Shown: positions 8,882-18,518 of the stretch, one piece after another | Layout of the letters: each line of letters starts with the position of its first letter | How positions within the stretch are numbered: the stretch's first letter is position 1 | NCBI GenBank assembly: GCA_964519225.1 | Contig: CAZFJK010000001.1 | Location: forward strand, 21,804 to 79,622 | Source of the DNA: an uncultured Methanosarcinales archaeon | GTDB lineage: Archaea > Nanobdellota > Nanobdellia > Woesearchaeales > B54-G15 | Length of the DNA: 57,819 nucleotides | Reading direction: 5' to 3' | The notes under the pieces: generated by a model | Told to the model about the DNA's origin: nothing | Databases searched by the model: none | Seen by the model: only the letters and a program-made list of their open reading frames with translations | Made by a program: the position numbers and the translations under genes

Positions 8882-9697
8882 ATGATTGTAAAAGATGAGT
8901 TTCTAAGTAAACTAAGAAGATTTTTTGGTTTGAACCTATATGAGGTTAAAATCTGGACAGCTTTACTTAGCAGAGGGGTAAGCACTGCTGGTGAGCTTAG
9001 TGACATAGCAAATGTACCAAGAAGTAGAAGCTATGATGTTCTTGAAAGCCTAGAAAAAAAAGGTTTTGTTGTAATGAAATTAGGAAAGCCAATAAAGTAT
9101 ATCGCTGTTCCACCAGATGAGGTTGTAGAACGCGTCAAGAAAAACATGCGCGAAGAAGCTGAAAAAAAGATAAAAGCTTTAGACAGCCTAAAAAAAGCTC
9201 CTTTGATGCAGGAATTAGATACACTATATAAACAAGGCGTTGAACTTATCGAACCTACAGAACTTAGTGGAAGCCTGCGAGGAAGATCAAATCTTTATAA
9301 CCATCTTGAACTTGCTCTAAAAAATGCAACAAAAAGTGTTACCTTAATGACAACCAGCCAAGGCTTATTAAGAAAAATCAATGCATTAAAGCCCGTGTTT
9401 GAAAAATTAAAGAAAAAGGGCGTTAAGATTAGAATCGCTGCTCCGGTAGCAACATCAAAAGAAACGAAGAATGCAGTAAAAGAGATATCTAAACTAGCAG
9501 AAATTAGACACGTGGATGATATAAAAGCAAGATTCTGCGTAGTTGATGGGAAAGAAGTGATACTAATGGTCTTAAATGACAATGAAGTACATCCAACTTA
9601 TGACATCGGAATATGGATGAAAGCGCCTTTCTTCGCAAAAGCATTAGAAAATCTATTCTCTGTAGCATGGAAAAACAATATGAAACCAATGAAGTAA
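8882..9697 (+). CDS. TrmB-family transcriptional regulator
   Basis: N-terminal TrmB wHTH (LYEVKIWTALLSRGVSTAGELSDIANVPRSRSYDVLESLEKKGFV) plus a C-terminal TrmB-like domain. ATG 8882 is preceded by GGTGGG. Confidence 0.8.
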   Translation: MIVKDEFLSKLRRFFGLNLYEVKIWTALLSRGVSTAGELSDIANVPRSRSYDVLESLEKKGFVVMKLGKPIKYIAVPPDEVVERVKKNMREEAEKKIKALDSLKKAPLMQELDTLYKQGVELIEPTELSGSLRGRSNLYNHLELALKNATKSVTLMTTSQGLLRKINALKPVFEKLKKKGVKIRIAAPVATSKETKNAVKEISKLAEIRHVDDIKARFCVVDGKEVILMVLNDNEVHPTYDIGIWMKAPFFAKALENLFSVAWKNNMKPMK

Positions 9698-9748
9698 ATC
9701 CCAGTAAACCAGCAACCTTTTTAAAAAACAAATTTCTCCTTCTTTTTT

Positions 9749-11266
9749 ATGAAAATAGACCAAATAATTGCTAAATTAACAAAAAACGAATTAATCGTAT
9801 TACCGCTTATAAAAAAAGAAACGTCTTTTGACGATCTCCTAAAACAAACAGGCCTTAAAGAAGTGGAATTAATGAGGGCCTTACAATGGCTCCAAAACAA
9901 AGGCTTAATCACTCTTAAACACACATTGAAAGAACTCGTTTTCCTTGAAACAAATGGCGTCAAATACAAAAAACTCGGACTACCAGAAAGACGTCTGCTC
10001 AATGCACTTTTAAAATTTAACCAGCTTTCATTAGACGAAGCTAAAAGAATAGCTTCTCTATCAAAAGACGAACTATCAGCTGCACTTGGCATACTAAAAC
10101 AAAAAGGAGCCATCACATTATCAGCAGGAAATATCACCATAACAGCGATCGGAAAACAGCTTGCGAAAAAACAATCCTTAGAAGAGAAATTTTTACAATT
10201 AGAATTTCCAATAGAAAAAAAAGATCTAAGACCAGAACAACTCCATGCATTAAATAGTCTATCCAAACGAAAGGGTATTGTAAAAATTAAAATTGTTAAG
10301 CTGCGCTTTGCTTCACCAACACCAATAGGACTTAAAATAATCAAATCAAAAAAACTCAAACCCGAAGAATTAATCGAAGCATTAACTCCAGACATGCTTA
10401 TAAAAGGAACATGGAAATCCCATAGATTCAGAGCATACGATGTTGAAATAAATGTCCCTCCTGTTTATCTTGGAAAAAAACAACCATACAGACGTTTTCT
10501 CGATGAAGTCAGAGAAAAACTAGTTGCAATGGGCTTTACCGAAATGACAGGCCCAATTGTCGAAACAGATTTCTGGGATATGGATGCTTTGTTCATGCCG
10601 CAGTTCCATTCTGCCCGAGACATTCATCAAGCCTACTACATAAAAGAACCAACCCGTGGAAAAATTGATAAAAAATATCTAGAACGAGTTAAGTTAGCGC
10701 ATGAAAAAGGAGTTCTTGGAAGTAAAGGCTGGCAATACAAATTCGATACAGAAAGAACAAAAAGATTGCTCTTAAGAACCCAGGGCACAGCATGTTCAGC
10801 AAGAATGCTCGCATCGCCCCAATTAAAAATTCCGGGAAAGTATTTCGGCATTACTCGTTGCTTTAGGTACGATGTTATTGACGCAACGCACAGCTGTGAC
10901 TTTTGTCAAACAGAGGGTATTGTAGTTGATGAAAAAGTAAATCTTAGACACCTGTTTGGCTTGCTCAAACAATTCGCAATTACATTTGCAGAAGCAGATA
11001 AAATCAAACTTGTTCCAGGATATTTTCCATTCACAGAACCAAGTGTAGAGCTTTTTGCCAAGCATCCAAAACTCGGCTGGCTTGAACTCGGCGGAGCCGG
11101 CATATTCAGGCCTGAGGTTGTATATCCTCTCCTTGGAAAATATGTTCCTGTGTTAGCATGGGGGCTCGGCATAGACAGAATTGCAATGTTTAAACTAAAT
11201 CTAAAAGACATAAGAGATCTATTCACTCACGACCTTCAAATGTTAAGAGAAAAACCATTACCATAA
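9749..11266 (+). CDS. pheS: phenylalanine--tRNA ligase alpha subunit (archaeal type)
   Basis: N-terminal wHTH repeats and class II core (FMPQFHSARD, LLRTQGT, FRYD, PGYFPFTEPS, GAGIFRPEV, GLGIDRI). Confidence 0.95.
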   Translation: MKIDQIIAKLTKNELIVLPLIKKETSFDDLLKQTGLKEVELMRALQWLQNKGLITLKHTLKELVFLETNGVKYKKLGLPERRLLNALLKFNQLSLDEAKRIASLSKDELSAALGILKQKGAITLSAGNITITAIGKQLAKKQSLEEKFLQLEFPIEKKDLRPEQLHALNSLSKRKGIVKIKIVKLRFASPTPIGLKIIKSKKLKPEELIEALTPDMLIKGTWKSHRFRAYDVEINVPPVYLGKKQPYRRFLDEVREKLVAMGFTEMTGPIVETDFWDMDALFMPQFHSARDIHQAYYIKEPTRGKIDKKYLERVKLAHEKGVLGSKGWQYKFDTERTKRLLLRTQGTACSARMLASPQLKIPGKYFGITRCFRYDVIDATHSCDFCQTEGIVVDEKVNLRHLFGLLKQFAITFAEADKIKLVPGYFPFTEPSVELFAKHPKLGWLELGGAGIFRPEVVYPLLGKYVPVLAWGLGIDRIAMFKLNLKDIRDLFTHDLQMLREKPLP

Positions 11267-11268
11267 AA

Positions 11269-12918
11269 ATGCCATCAATAACATTTTCAATTCAAGATCT
11301 AGAAAAATTGATAGGTAAAAAGCTACCAAAAGAAAAAGAAAAGCTAGCTGATTTACTAAGTCACTGCAAAGCAGAAATAGAATCCATTTCAAATGATCAG
11401 ATAACGATATCTCTTGCAGATACAAATCTTCCATATCTCTGGAGTGTCGAAGGCATAGCAAGATTACTGAAAGGGGTCCTCTCTGTAGAAACAGGGCTTC
11501 CTACTTTCAGAACAGAAAAAAGCAACTATAAAATAATTGTTGATAAAAGTATTACAAGTATCAGACCGTTCATTGCAGGATTTATTGCGAAAGGAAAACC
11601 GATTGGGGAGTATCTTCTCCTTCAGCTGATTCAGCTACAGGAAAAGTTCTGCGAATCTTACGGCAGAAAGAGGTCAAAGGTATCAATAGGAATATACCCA
11701 AGTAAGAAAATACAATTTCCTGTACATTACAAAGCAGTGCAACCAACAACAATCAGTTTCATCCCTCTTGATTTCACTGAAAAGATTAATCTCAAACAAA
11801 TCCTGAAAAGGCATCCAAAGGGAAAACAGTACAGTTGGATAATCGAAAAGTTCGATCGTTACCCAATTTTAATGGATGAAAAAAACCAGGTATTATCATT
11901 TCCTCCTATAATAAATAGCCAAGAAACAGGAAAGGTCTCTGTTAATGATAGCGAACTGTTCATCGAAGTAACAGGAACTGACGAAAAAGCAGTGAGCCTT
12001 GCATGTAACATATTCAGCCAAGCTTTATTCGATAGAGGTTTTAAAATCTATGAAATCGAAGTTATTTACTCAGGACATAAAATCAAATTTCCGATAGCAA
12101 AGAGTGAAACAATAAAAATAGATTATAACTATATCAATGAATTGCTTGGGTTACTTCTCAGCAAAAAAGAAATACGTCATTTGCTGAAAGCAATGCGCTT
12201 TGGCGTAAAAGATGATAAAGCAATCATTCCTTTCTACAGACAGGACATAATGCATCAGTGCGATCTTGCAGAAGATGTTGCAATAGCTTATGGCTATAAC
12301 AAAATAAAAACAGCTGATATGACAAGCTATTCAATCGGCAAGCCACTTGAAATCATCCCTTTTATCAATAAAGTAAGGGAATTAGCAATAGGTGCTGGCT
12401 ACCAAGAGATTTTCTCGCATTTGTTAACAAACAAAGAACTGCTTTACGAAAAAACAAATACTTCAGACTTAGGAACAGTCGAAATAAAAGAATATATGAC
12501 GAAAACATATTCTGTCGTAAGGACATGGCTTATACCAATTCTACTCGATATGCTTAGCAAAAACAAGCATAGAGATTATCCCCAGCGCATATTCGAAGAG
12601 GGTATTGTAACAAGACGAATAAAAGATAGAATAGAAGACAAAAGAAGTATAGCCTTAGCAACATCTCACGCAGAAGCAAACTATACTGAAATAAGACAGA
12701 TTATTGATTTCATAATGAGAAACTTAGGCGTGAACTACAAAATAGTCGAAACATCCCATTCTGCATTTATTCCAGGAAGGGTAGCTTCCATTTTAGTAAA
12801 AGAAAAGTCTATTGGTTTCCTTGGTGAAATCCATCCTTTTGTTTTAGAAAAATTCGAACTCAACATGCCTGTTGCTGCAGCTGAAATAGACCTAACAAAA
12901 CTGTTTGAGGTGATTTAA
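11269..12918 (+). CDS. pheT: phenylalanine--tRNA ligase beta subunit (archaeal type)
   Basis: Archaeal/eukaryal PheT layout (B3/4 and B5 domains; FYRQDIMHQCDLAEDVAIAYGYN) immediately after pheS. Confidence 0.95.
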   Translation: MPSITFSIQDLEKLIGKKLPKEKEKLADLLSHCKAEIESISNDQITISLADTNLPYLWSVEGIARLLKGVLSVETGLPTFRTEKSNYKIIVDKSITSIRPFIAGFIAKGKPIGEYLLLQLIQLQEKFCESYGRKRSKVSIGIYPSKKIQFPVHYKAVQPTTISFIPLDFTEKINLKQILKRHPKGKQYSWIIEKFDRYPILMDEKNQVLSFPPIINSQETGKVSVNDSELFIEVTGTDEKAVSLACNIFSQALFDRGFKIYEIEVIYSGHKIKFPIAKSETIKIDYNYINELLGLLLSKKEIRHLLKAMRFGVKDDKAIIPFYRQDIMHQCDLAEDVAIAYGYNKIKTADMTSYSIGKPLEIIPFINKVRELAIGAGYQEIFSHLLTNKELLYEKTNTSDLGTVEIKEYMTKTYSVVRTWLIPILLDMLSKNKHRDYPQRIFEEGIVTRRIKDRIEDKRSIALATSHAEANYTEIRQIIDFIMRNLGVNYKIVETSHSAFIPGRVASILVKEKSIGFLGEIHPFVLEKFELNMPVAAAEIDLTKLFEVI

Positions 12919-13329
12919 ATGGGCAGGAAGTCGCTTCGTGAAGAGCCCCTCGACAAACTAAGACAGTTTTTCGAGCATCTAAAACTCGCTTCATCCAATA
13001 GAGCCGTTCTCGTCGAAAAACCAGCAATAAAGAGCATGCTCGAAGCAAGAGATGTAAAAAACGTTTTCGTTCTCAAAGAACCCGTCTTTGAACTCGCAGA
13101 AGAAATAGCTTCAAAATTCAAAGAATGTATCGTCTTGCTTGATGTCGATAGCAGGGGAGAACAGCTGTACAAAAAAGTTAAGACAGAACTCGAGCGTGCA
13201 GGTCTTCGCATAGATCAACGTTTCAGAAATTTCTTGTATCACATCGAAGCAAAAACAGTAGATAGCCTAATCTCGTATGCAGAAAAGTATTTATCCACAG
13301 CGCTGCCTAGAAGACGGATCGACTTATGA
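12919..13329 (+). CDS. small Toprim-domain protein
   Basis: Toprim-like Glu (AVLVEK) and DxD (LLDVDSRGEQL) in a 136-aa protein. Start abuts the pheT stop. Confidence 0.55.
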   Translation: MGRKSLREEPLDKLRQFFEHLKLASSNRAVLVEKPAIKSMLEARDVKNVFVLKEPVFELAEEIASKFKECIVLLDVDSRGEQLYKKVKTELERAGLRIDQRFRNFLYHIEAKTVDSLISYAEKYLSTALPRRRIDL

Positions 13330-13973
13330 TTCAAAGAAAGATTACTATTCTGGTACTGCGCCTACTTCATAGAAGAAAGAAACCACAATTAATAGACTTT
13401 CTCGGAAAAAAAACATTGCTTTGCCCAGGCGTTTTTGATCCAAGAACAATAACCACAAAATTCTTTATTAAAAACATGCAGATAAAACATAAAAGCAAAG
13501 TGCTCGACCTAGGAACTGGAACAGGCATTATAGCCATATTTGCTGCAGAAAAAGCAGAGGAAGTCATTGCTGTTGATAAAAGCAAAACAGCAATAAATTG
13601 TGCAAAACAAAACGCAAAAATTAACAATATCAACAATATCACTTTCATAAAAAGCGATCTTTTTGAAAAAATAAAAGAAAAATTTGACACCATCCTTTTT
13701 CAACCACCTTACATAAAAGGAAAAGCAAAGAAAGAGATTGATCACGCATTTATTGAAAGCAACACAGTAAAAAGATTTTTGCATGAGGCAAGAAAATACC
13801 TCAACAAAAAAGGTTATATTATAATGTCCTATTCAACGTTAGGCGAATTAGAAAACATGCTAAAACAAGCAAAAAGATATTATAAAGTAAACCTAATAGC
13901 TAAAAAAAGATTCCTCTTTGAAAAAATATTCCTGTTTAAACTAACGCCTCTTCGTTCTAATTTTCTTTCTTAG
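13326..13973 (+). CDS. class I SAM-dependent methyltransferase (HemK/Mtq2/MTS-like)
   Basis: SAM motif VLDLGTGTGIIAIFAA, acidic loop AVDKS, and substrate motif FQPPY (variant of NPPY). ATGA overlap with the preceding gene. Confidence 0.75.
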   Translation: MIQRKITILVLRLLHRRKKPQLIDFLGKKTLLCPGVFDPRTITTKFFIKNMQIKHKSKVLDLGTGTGIIAIFAAEKAEEVIAVDKSKTAINCAKQNAKINNINNITFIKSDLFEKIKEKFDTILFQPPYIKGKAKKEIDHAFIESNTVKRFLHEARKYLNKKGYIIMSYSTLGELENMLKQAKRYYKVNLIAKKRFLFEKIFLFKLTPLRSNFLS

Positions 13974-15386
13974 TCTTTCTTTCTTTAGCACTTCCTCCTC
14001 ATACTCTTTTGCTAAATCAATCTTACCTTCTTTCCACTTCTTCCAGATAGGGTCAGTTAATTCCTTCCATTTCTTTGAATAGTTATCCAAATGCCGTACT
14101 ATCTTCTTGTCCTCGACTATTGTTTCAGCACCTGGATGCGTTGGCCTTGCATTGCATTTCTTAACAGCCTTTCTCAAAACATACGGGCAGTCAATTATCA
14201 TACACGGCCTAAGCAGATTTTCAACATAAGGTCTTTGCTTACTTATCTCCTTGAAAAAAGGAGAAGTTATTGCTTTCAACAAGCTCTTGTTCTTAATATT
14301 GTCAACAGCAAAATGAGAAAAAACACACGGCTCAACATCACCATGGCAGTTTATATGTAAATATCCTGTATTACAATCCTTTGCCAATGCTCCAGCCATA
14401 CATCCGCCAACATAAGGTCCGTCATTCCAAAAATCTCCTATGAATATCGGCCTATTAGCCCTTACCCAATGAACAAACTTCATCAGTCTTAGTCTTTGCT
14501 CTGGCGTTGCCATCATATCAACGTTCGGCCTCAGTCCTATCGGAATATATTGAAAATACCACCCAAATAGACATCCTTTATTGATATAAAAATCTATAAA
14601 CCTCTTACTTGAAAGGATTTCACTGTTATATTTTGTTGGTGTTGCACTAAATCCAAACAGAACGCCTGCATTTCTAAGATTGTCCATCGCCTTCATAACC
14701 TTCTTGTAAACGCCTTTTCCTCTCCTTAAATCAGTTTCTCGTTCAAAACCTTCAACGCTAATAGCAGCAGCAACATTCCCAAGCTTAGCAAGCCTTTCAG
14801 CATTTTCTTCATTCAATAAAGTTCCATTCGTATAGGTCTGAAAATAGCAATCATTATGCTTTTTAAACATCCTAAACAAGCCTTCCCATACATAGGGCTC
14901 ACCACCACTTATGGTGTAAAAATAAACTCCAAGCCTCTTTGCTTCTCTTATAATCCTATCAACGGTTTCAAAATCAAGGTCGTGTTCTCGTGTATATTCT
15001 CCAGCATAGCATCCTTTGCAACGCAGATTACACCTCATAGTTGGACTGATAACAAGTAAAAAAGGCGGCTTAAAACCGTGTTGCTTAATAAATTTCCACC
15101 TCCTTTTGGCTCCGATAAACAAAGCGTTAACAAAAAGATTTTCAGCAAGCTTATTCCTGCTCTTTTTATTCAATTGCGTAAGAATTTTCTTAACCAAATC
15201 AACAGAAGGATGTTGACTCTCCCACTTATCCCTAACATGCCTCACTGTCTTCTTGAACCTTTCAGGAACCAATTGCTCAGCCACATGCGTTAATCTTATT
15301 ATCGTTCTGTCAGAAAGTCTAGGCGTTATCCAAAAAATGCTTTTAATAAATTGTTTTAAGAAAAAATCTTTTATCACCTTCACCAC
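13941..15386 (-). CDS. radical SAM protein with about 115-aa N-terminal extension and Cys-rich C-terminal auxiliary region
   Basis: CNLRCKGCYAGEY (CxxxCxxC), GGEP, then C-x8-C-x8-C-x6-C and C-x4-C-x10-C clusters suggesting auxiliary Fe-S sites. Confidence 0.85.
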   Translation of the reverse strand: MVKVIKDFFLKQFIKSIFWITPRLSDRTIIRLTHVAEQLVPERFKKTVRHVRDKWESQHPSVDLVKKILTQLNKKSRNKLAENLFVNALFIGAKRRWKFIKQHGFKPPFLLVISPTMRCNLRCKGCYAGEYTREHDLDFETVDRIIREAKRLGVYFYTISGGEPYVWEGLFRMFKKHNDCYFQTYTNGTLLNEENAERLAKLGNVAAAISVEGFERETDLRRGKGVYKKVMKAMDNLRNAGVLFGFSATPTKYNSEILSSKRFIDFYINKGCLFGWYFQYIPIGLRPNVDMMATPEQRLRLMKFVHWVRANRPIFIGDFWNDGPYVGGCMAGALAKDCNTGYLHINCHGDVEPCVFSHFAVDNIKNKSLLKAITSPFFKEISKQRPYVENLLRPCMIIDCPYVLRKAVKKCNARPTHPGAETIVEDKKIVRHLDNYSKKWKELTDPIWKKWKEGKIDLAKEYEEEVLKKERLRKKIRTKRR

Positions 15387-15865
15387 CTCCTAAAAGGATT
15401 AAATTTCTTTAGAGTTCTTTTAGCAAGAATAACATTTGACAGCAAGCTTAAAGCACCACCCGCAATCTCGTATTCTCTAACAAGATTGGAAAATCTTTTT
15501 CTTTTAGCCCTATCTTTTTCAGCTTTTGCACATCTTTTCAGAATATTAATCAGAGGTTTAACCTCATTTTTAACAAAACTCTTGAACAAACCATCAAGAG
15601 CCTCAATAAAAGAAGCATTTACAGTGTATAGATTTTTCCTTTTTCTTTTTCCAACAATAGAAACAAGGCCAAGTTTTACCATCATAGAGAGAGCTGGACT
15701 CACCAAGCTTACAGAATGTTTCAATTGCTTCGCTATCTCTTCCTGCGTTAACGCATTTCTCTCAAAAAGCAACAAACCCCAAATCTTTCCTGCACTCTCG
15801 CCGATTCCCCAAAGCTTTCCAATCCTTCCAGTTCTTTCTATAAACTCTTTCCTCAATTCATTCAT
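15380..15865 (-). CDS. GbsR/MarR-type winged-helix transcriptional regulator
   Basis: wHTH pattern ESAGKIWGLLLFERNALTQEEIAKQLKHSVSLVSPALSMMVKLGLVSIVGKRKRKNLY. 7-nt overlap with the downstream radical SAM gene. Confidence 0.75.
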   Translation of the reverse strand: MNELRKEFIERTGRIGKLWGIGESAGKIWGLLLFERNALTQEEIAKQLKHSVSLVSPALSMMVKLGLVSIVGKRKRKNLYTVNASFIEALDGLFKSFVKNEVKPLINILKRCAKAEKDRAKRKRFSNLVREYEIAGGALSLLSNVILAKRTLKKFNPFRRW

Positions 15866-15882
15866 TTCAGTTTTTTCTGAAA
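15865..15882. promoter_or_regulatory. 6-bp inverted repeat (TTTCAG-N6-CTGAAA) at the predicted start site of the GbsR-like gene; candidate operator
   Basis: Palindrome lies between TATA-like TTTATAAATA (about 15892-15901, minus strand) and the ATG at 15865. Confidence 0.3.
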
Positions 15883-15967
15883 TTTAAGAATTATTTATAA
15901 AGGTTTCGTGTCTATAGAATACTAATAGTGGACAAAGAAAAAAACAAAAAGTAAAAATAAAAGAAAC

Positions 15968-16144
15968 TCAGTCTTTCTGAATTAATTTCCTCAAAATCTT
16001 CGCCTTTTGTTCAGCATCTAAGATTTTTTGCAAAAAAGAAAGATCATTAAAATGTTCTTTGGCACATTCCTCGCAATAGAATTCGCTCGAATCCTTAATC
16101 CTATAAGCTGCAGTTCTTCCGCAAATGATGCACTTTTTCTTCAT
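15968..16144 (-). CDS. 58-aa zinc-ribbon protein (not in ORF track)
   Basis: Hand translation: MKKKCIICGRTAAYRIKDSSEFYCEECAKEHFNDLSFLQKILDAEQKAKILRKLIQKD*. CxxC-x15-CxxC. ATG lies 3 nt after the stop of the PIN-like gene. Confidence 0.6.
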   Translation of the reverse strand: MKKKCIICGRTAAYRIKDSSEFYCEECAKEHFNDLSFLQKILDAEQKAKILRKLIQKD

Positions 16145-16147
16145 CGT

Positions 16148-16834
16148 CTATTCTTCCTCAACAATCTTATCAATTTCTTTTTTTGAAATAGCACATCCTC
16201 TAACTTTCAACGCCCAAAGAGCGGCATCAAGAACCCTTCTCTTTCCATAACCAGCAACTTTCGTTACAAACTTATCCAGTAAACCGAGTTCATAAGCAAT
16301 CGTTACCAGTTCAGTACTTCTAATGATATCAACATCTTTTAGATAATTCCTAAATTCTTCGACGTTATCCCAATTAACATATACTTTTTCATGTATTCTC
16401 TGTTCAAAAAGAGTAGCAAGCCTTTCTGGAGCTTCAAGAAACATTCTTACAGTCCTCTCATCCACAACAGTAGCATCAGCATCCAAAACAGCATCAGCAG
16501 CAAGAACTTCAACTTCGCCTTCATGAACAATGCGCAACCAATCACCACTGATCTTAAAAGAATGATTTGCGAGTTCAAGAAGCTTGTCCCTCAGCCTGAA
16601 AATCTTCGCATTCTTAACTACTTCAAGCACATCGTCATCAATCAGCTTCGCTACTTGAAATGCTTCGAATTCATACCTCTTCATTTCAAAAGGCCTATCT
16701 ATCAACTCTTTCCTTACAGCTGGAGTGATAAAAAACTTGCCTCCAAACTTTTTCCTCAACGGCTCGAGCAACCAAAGCAAATTATTCGTTGCCAAACTTA
16801 TAATAGGACCCGCATCAAAACCTACCATTCTCAT
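16148..16834 (-). CDS. enlarged PIN-like (DUF3368-type) domain protein
   Basis: N-terminus VGFDAGPIISLATNNLLWLLEPL...FITPAVRKEL, central GEVEVLAADAVLDADATVVDERTVR, C-terminal ELVTIAYELGLL...LWALKVRGCAISKKEI follow the PIN_3/DUF3368 pattern with insertions (228 aa). Confidence 0.6.
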   Translation of the reverse strand: MRMVGFDAGPIISLATNNLLWLLEPLRKKFGGKFFITPAVRKELIDRPFEMKRYEFEAFQVAKLIDDDVLEVVKNAKIFRLRDKLLELANHSFKISGDWLRIVHEGEVEVLAADAVLDADATVVDERTVRMFLEAPERLATLFEQRIHEKVYVNWDNVEEFRNYLKDVDIIRSTELVTIAYELGLLDKFVTKVAGYGKRRVLDAALWALKVRGCAISKKEIDKIVEEE

Positions 16835-17400
16835 TTTAATCCAAAAATTTTCCTTGCTTTAGCCAATCTTTCCTCAACTGGAACAGCATCAGGAAACTTA
16901 TCAATGATTTTTGTCTTTCCCACATAGCTTAGCAAATCCCACTGACTAACACCAAGCAAATGCGCTGTCGTTTCTATTGAAAGGCCGTGTTCATACAACT
17001 TACTCGCTTTAACAATCTTGGCTTTACTCAAAACATCTTCTATATACCACTTAAGTTTTTTCTCGATCTTTCCAATCAAAGACAGAATCTTCTTCATCTC
17101 TCCCCTGAACCTGCCAAAGTTCTCTTCCCTCAAGTCTCGTCTGGCGTACTCTAACTTATTCAAAATCAACTCGAGCGTTCTATCTAAATCCTTTATCTTC
17201 TCATGTTTGCTTCTATGCAACAATTTTGCTAATGCATACATTACAACTGCTACAGTTATCGAATCCTTATCTTGATAAATAGATGCGTTGTGCACAGTCC
17301 TGTTAGAAAGAGCGTCAAGAAGAACAGCATCCATCTTTTTCAAAGCCTTAACTGCCTCATCTAAAACAGCAAGAATATCCTTCCTTACTTTCTCCTCCAT
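16831..17400 (-). CDS. helical protein with C-terminal UPF0175-like HTH (antitoxin-like)
   Basis: C-terminus ASKLYEHGLSIETTAHLLGVSQWDLLSYVGKTKI resembles the UPF0175 HTH. ATG at 17400 (MEEKV) preferred over 17442. 4-nt overlap with the PIN-like gene. Confidence 0.5.
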   Translation of the reverse strand: MEEKVRKDILAVLDEAVKALKKMDAVLLDALSNRTVHNASIYQDKDSITVAVVMYALAKLLHRSKHEKIKDLDRTLELILNKLEYARRDLREENFGRFRGEMKKILSLIGKIEKKLKWYIEDVLSKAKIVKASKLYEHGLSIETTAHLLGVSQWDLLSYVGKTKIIDKFPDAVPVEERLAKARKIFGLK

Positions 17401-17444
17401 TACCAAGAACAAAATTTTAATAGTATAAAAACCTATCTGCAAAC

Positions 17445-18518
17445 ATGTCTTTATTCGATAACATCTTAAAAGATAGTGAAACCTTGTTCAAAAACGAATA
17501 TGCCCTTGATTTTGAATTCATACCAAAAACATTGCCATTCAGAGAAAACGAACAGCACTATATCGCCTCATGCATCAAACCGCTTTTCAACCAAAGACCT
17601 GGAAAAAACCTGTTTATTTTCGGTCCTCCAGGAATAGGAAAAACAGCAGCAACAAGATTTGTCTTAAGAGAGCTTGAGGAAGAAACTGACAGCGTAATAC
17701 CTATTTACATAAACTGCTGGAAAAAAAATACATCATATAAAATCGCATATGACATATGCGAACAGCTAAATTTAAAATTTCTACAGAATAAAAGAACCGA
17801 CGAATTACTCCGTTTAACAAAAAAAGTTCTTGCAAAGCTTCCAGCAGTTTTTGTATTCGACGAAATAGACAAGCTTGAAGACAGTGATTTTCTTTACTTC
17901 ATTCTCGAAGAAATCCCATATAAAACACTGCTCCTTATCACAAATTTCAAAGAATGGATCGCGCAACTCGACAATAGGATAAGGTCAAGACTAACAGCTG
18001 AATTCCTCGAATTCAGACCATACAAACCAAATGAAATAAAAGAAATCCTTAGACAGCGCATAGAATATGCCTTCTTTCCATCAGTTTGGCAACCAGAAGC
18101 ATTCAACCTTATAGCAGAAAAAACAGCCCAGCTTAATGATATAAGAACGGGTTTGTTCCTGCTTAGAGAAGCTGGAAACATCGCAGAAATGCAAGCAAGC
18201 AGAAAGATCACAATAGAACATGCTAAAAAAGCTATCGAAAAAACAGACGACTTTTCAATAAAAGACAGCACTCTTCTCGAACCAGACTTAAGAGAAATAC
18301 TTTCAATCATAAAGCAAAATGATAATAAAAAAATCGGAGACCTTTACAACATCTTCAGGGAAAAAACAAGCTCCATCATTTCGTACAAAACATTTCAAAG
18401 AAAAATAAAAAAACTTGCAAAGAACGGCTTTATCTCAATAACAAAAACTGGCGGCGGCGATTTGGGAAATACCTCAATTATAAAATACCAAAAAATCAAA
18501 AAATTAACTGATTTCTAG
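17445..18518 (+). CDS. cdc6: Orc1/Cdc6 replication initiator
   Basis: AAA+ Walker A GPPGIGKTA, Walker B VFVFDEIDKL, sensor regions and a C-terminal winged helix. Typical N-terminus (F.NE..LDFEFIPK.LPFRE.E). Confidence 0.95.
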   Translation: MSLFDNILKDSETLFKNEYALDFEFIPKTLPFRENEQHYIASCIKPLFNQRPGKNLFIFGPPGIGKTAATRFVLRELEEETDSVIPIYINCWKKNTSYKIAYDICEQLNLKFLQNKRTDELLRLTKKVLAKLPAVFVFDEIDKLEDSDFLYFILEEIPYKTLLLITNFKEWIAQLDNRIRSRLTAEFLEFRPYKPNEIKEILRQRIEYAFFPSVWQPEAFNLIAEKTAQLNDIRTGLFLLREAGNIAEMQASRKITIEHAKKAIEKTDDFSIKDSTLLEPDLREILSIIKQNDNKKIGDLYNIFREKTSSIISYKTFQRKIKKLAKNGFISITKTGGGDLGNTSIIKYQKIKKLTDF

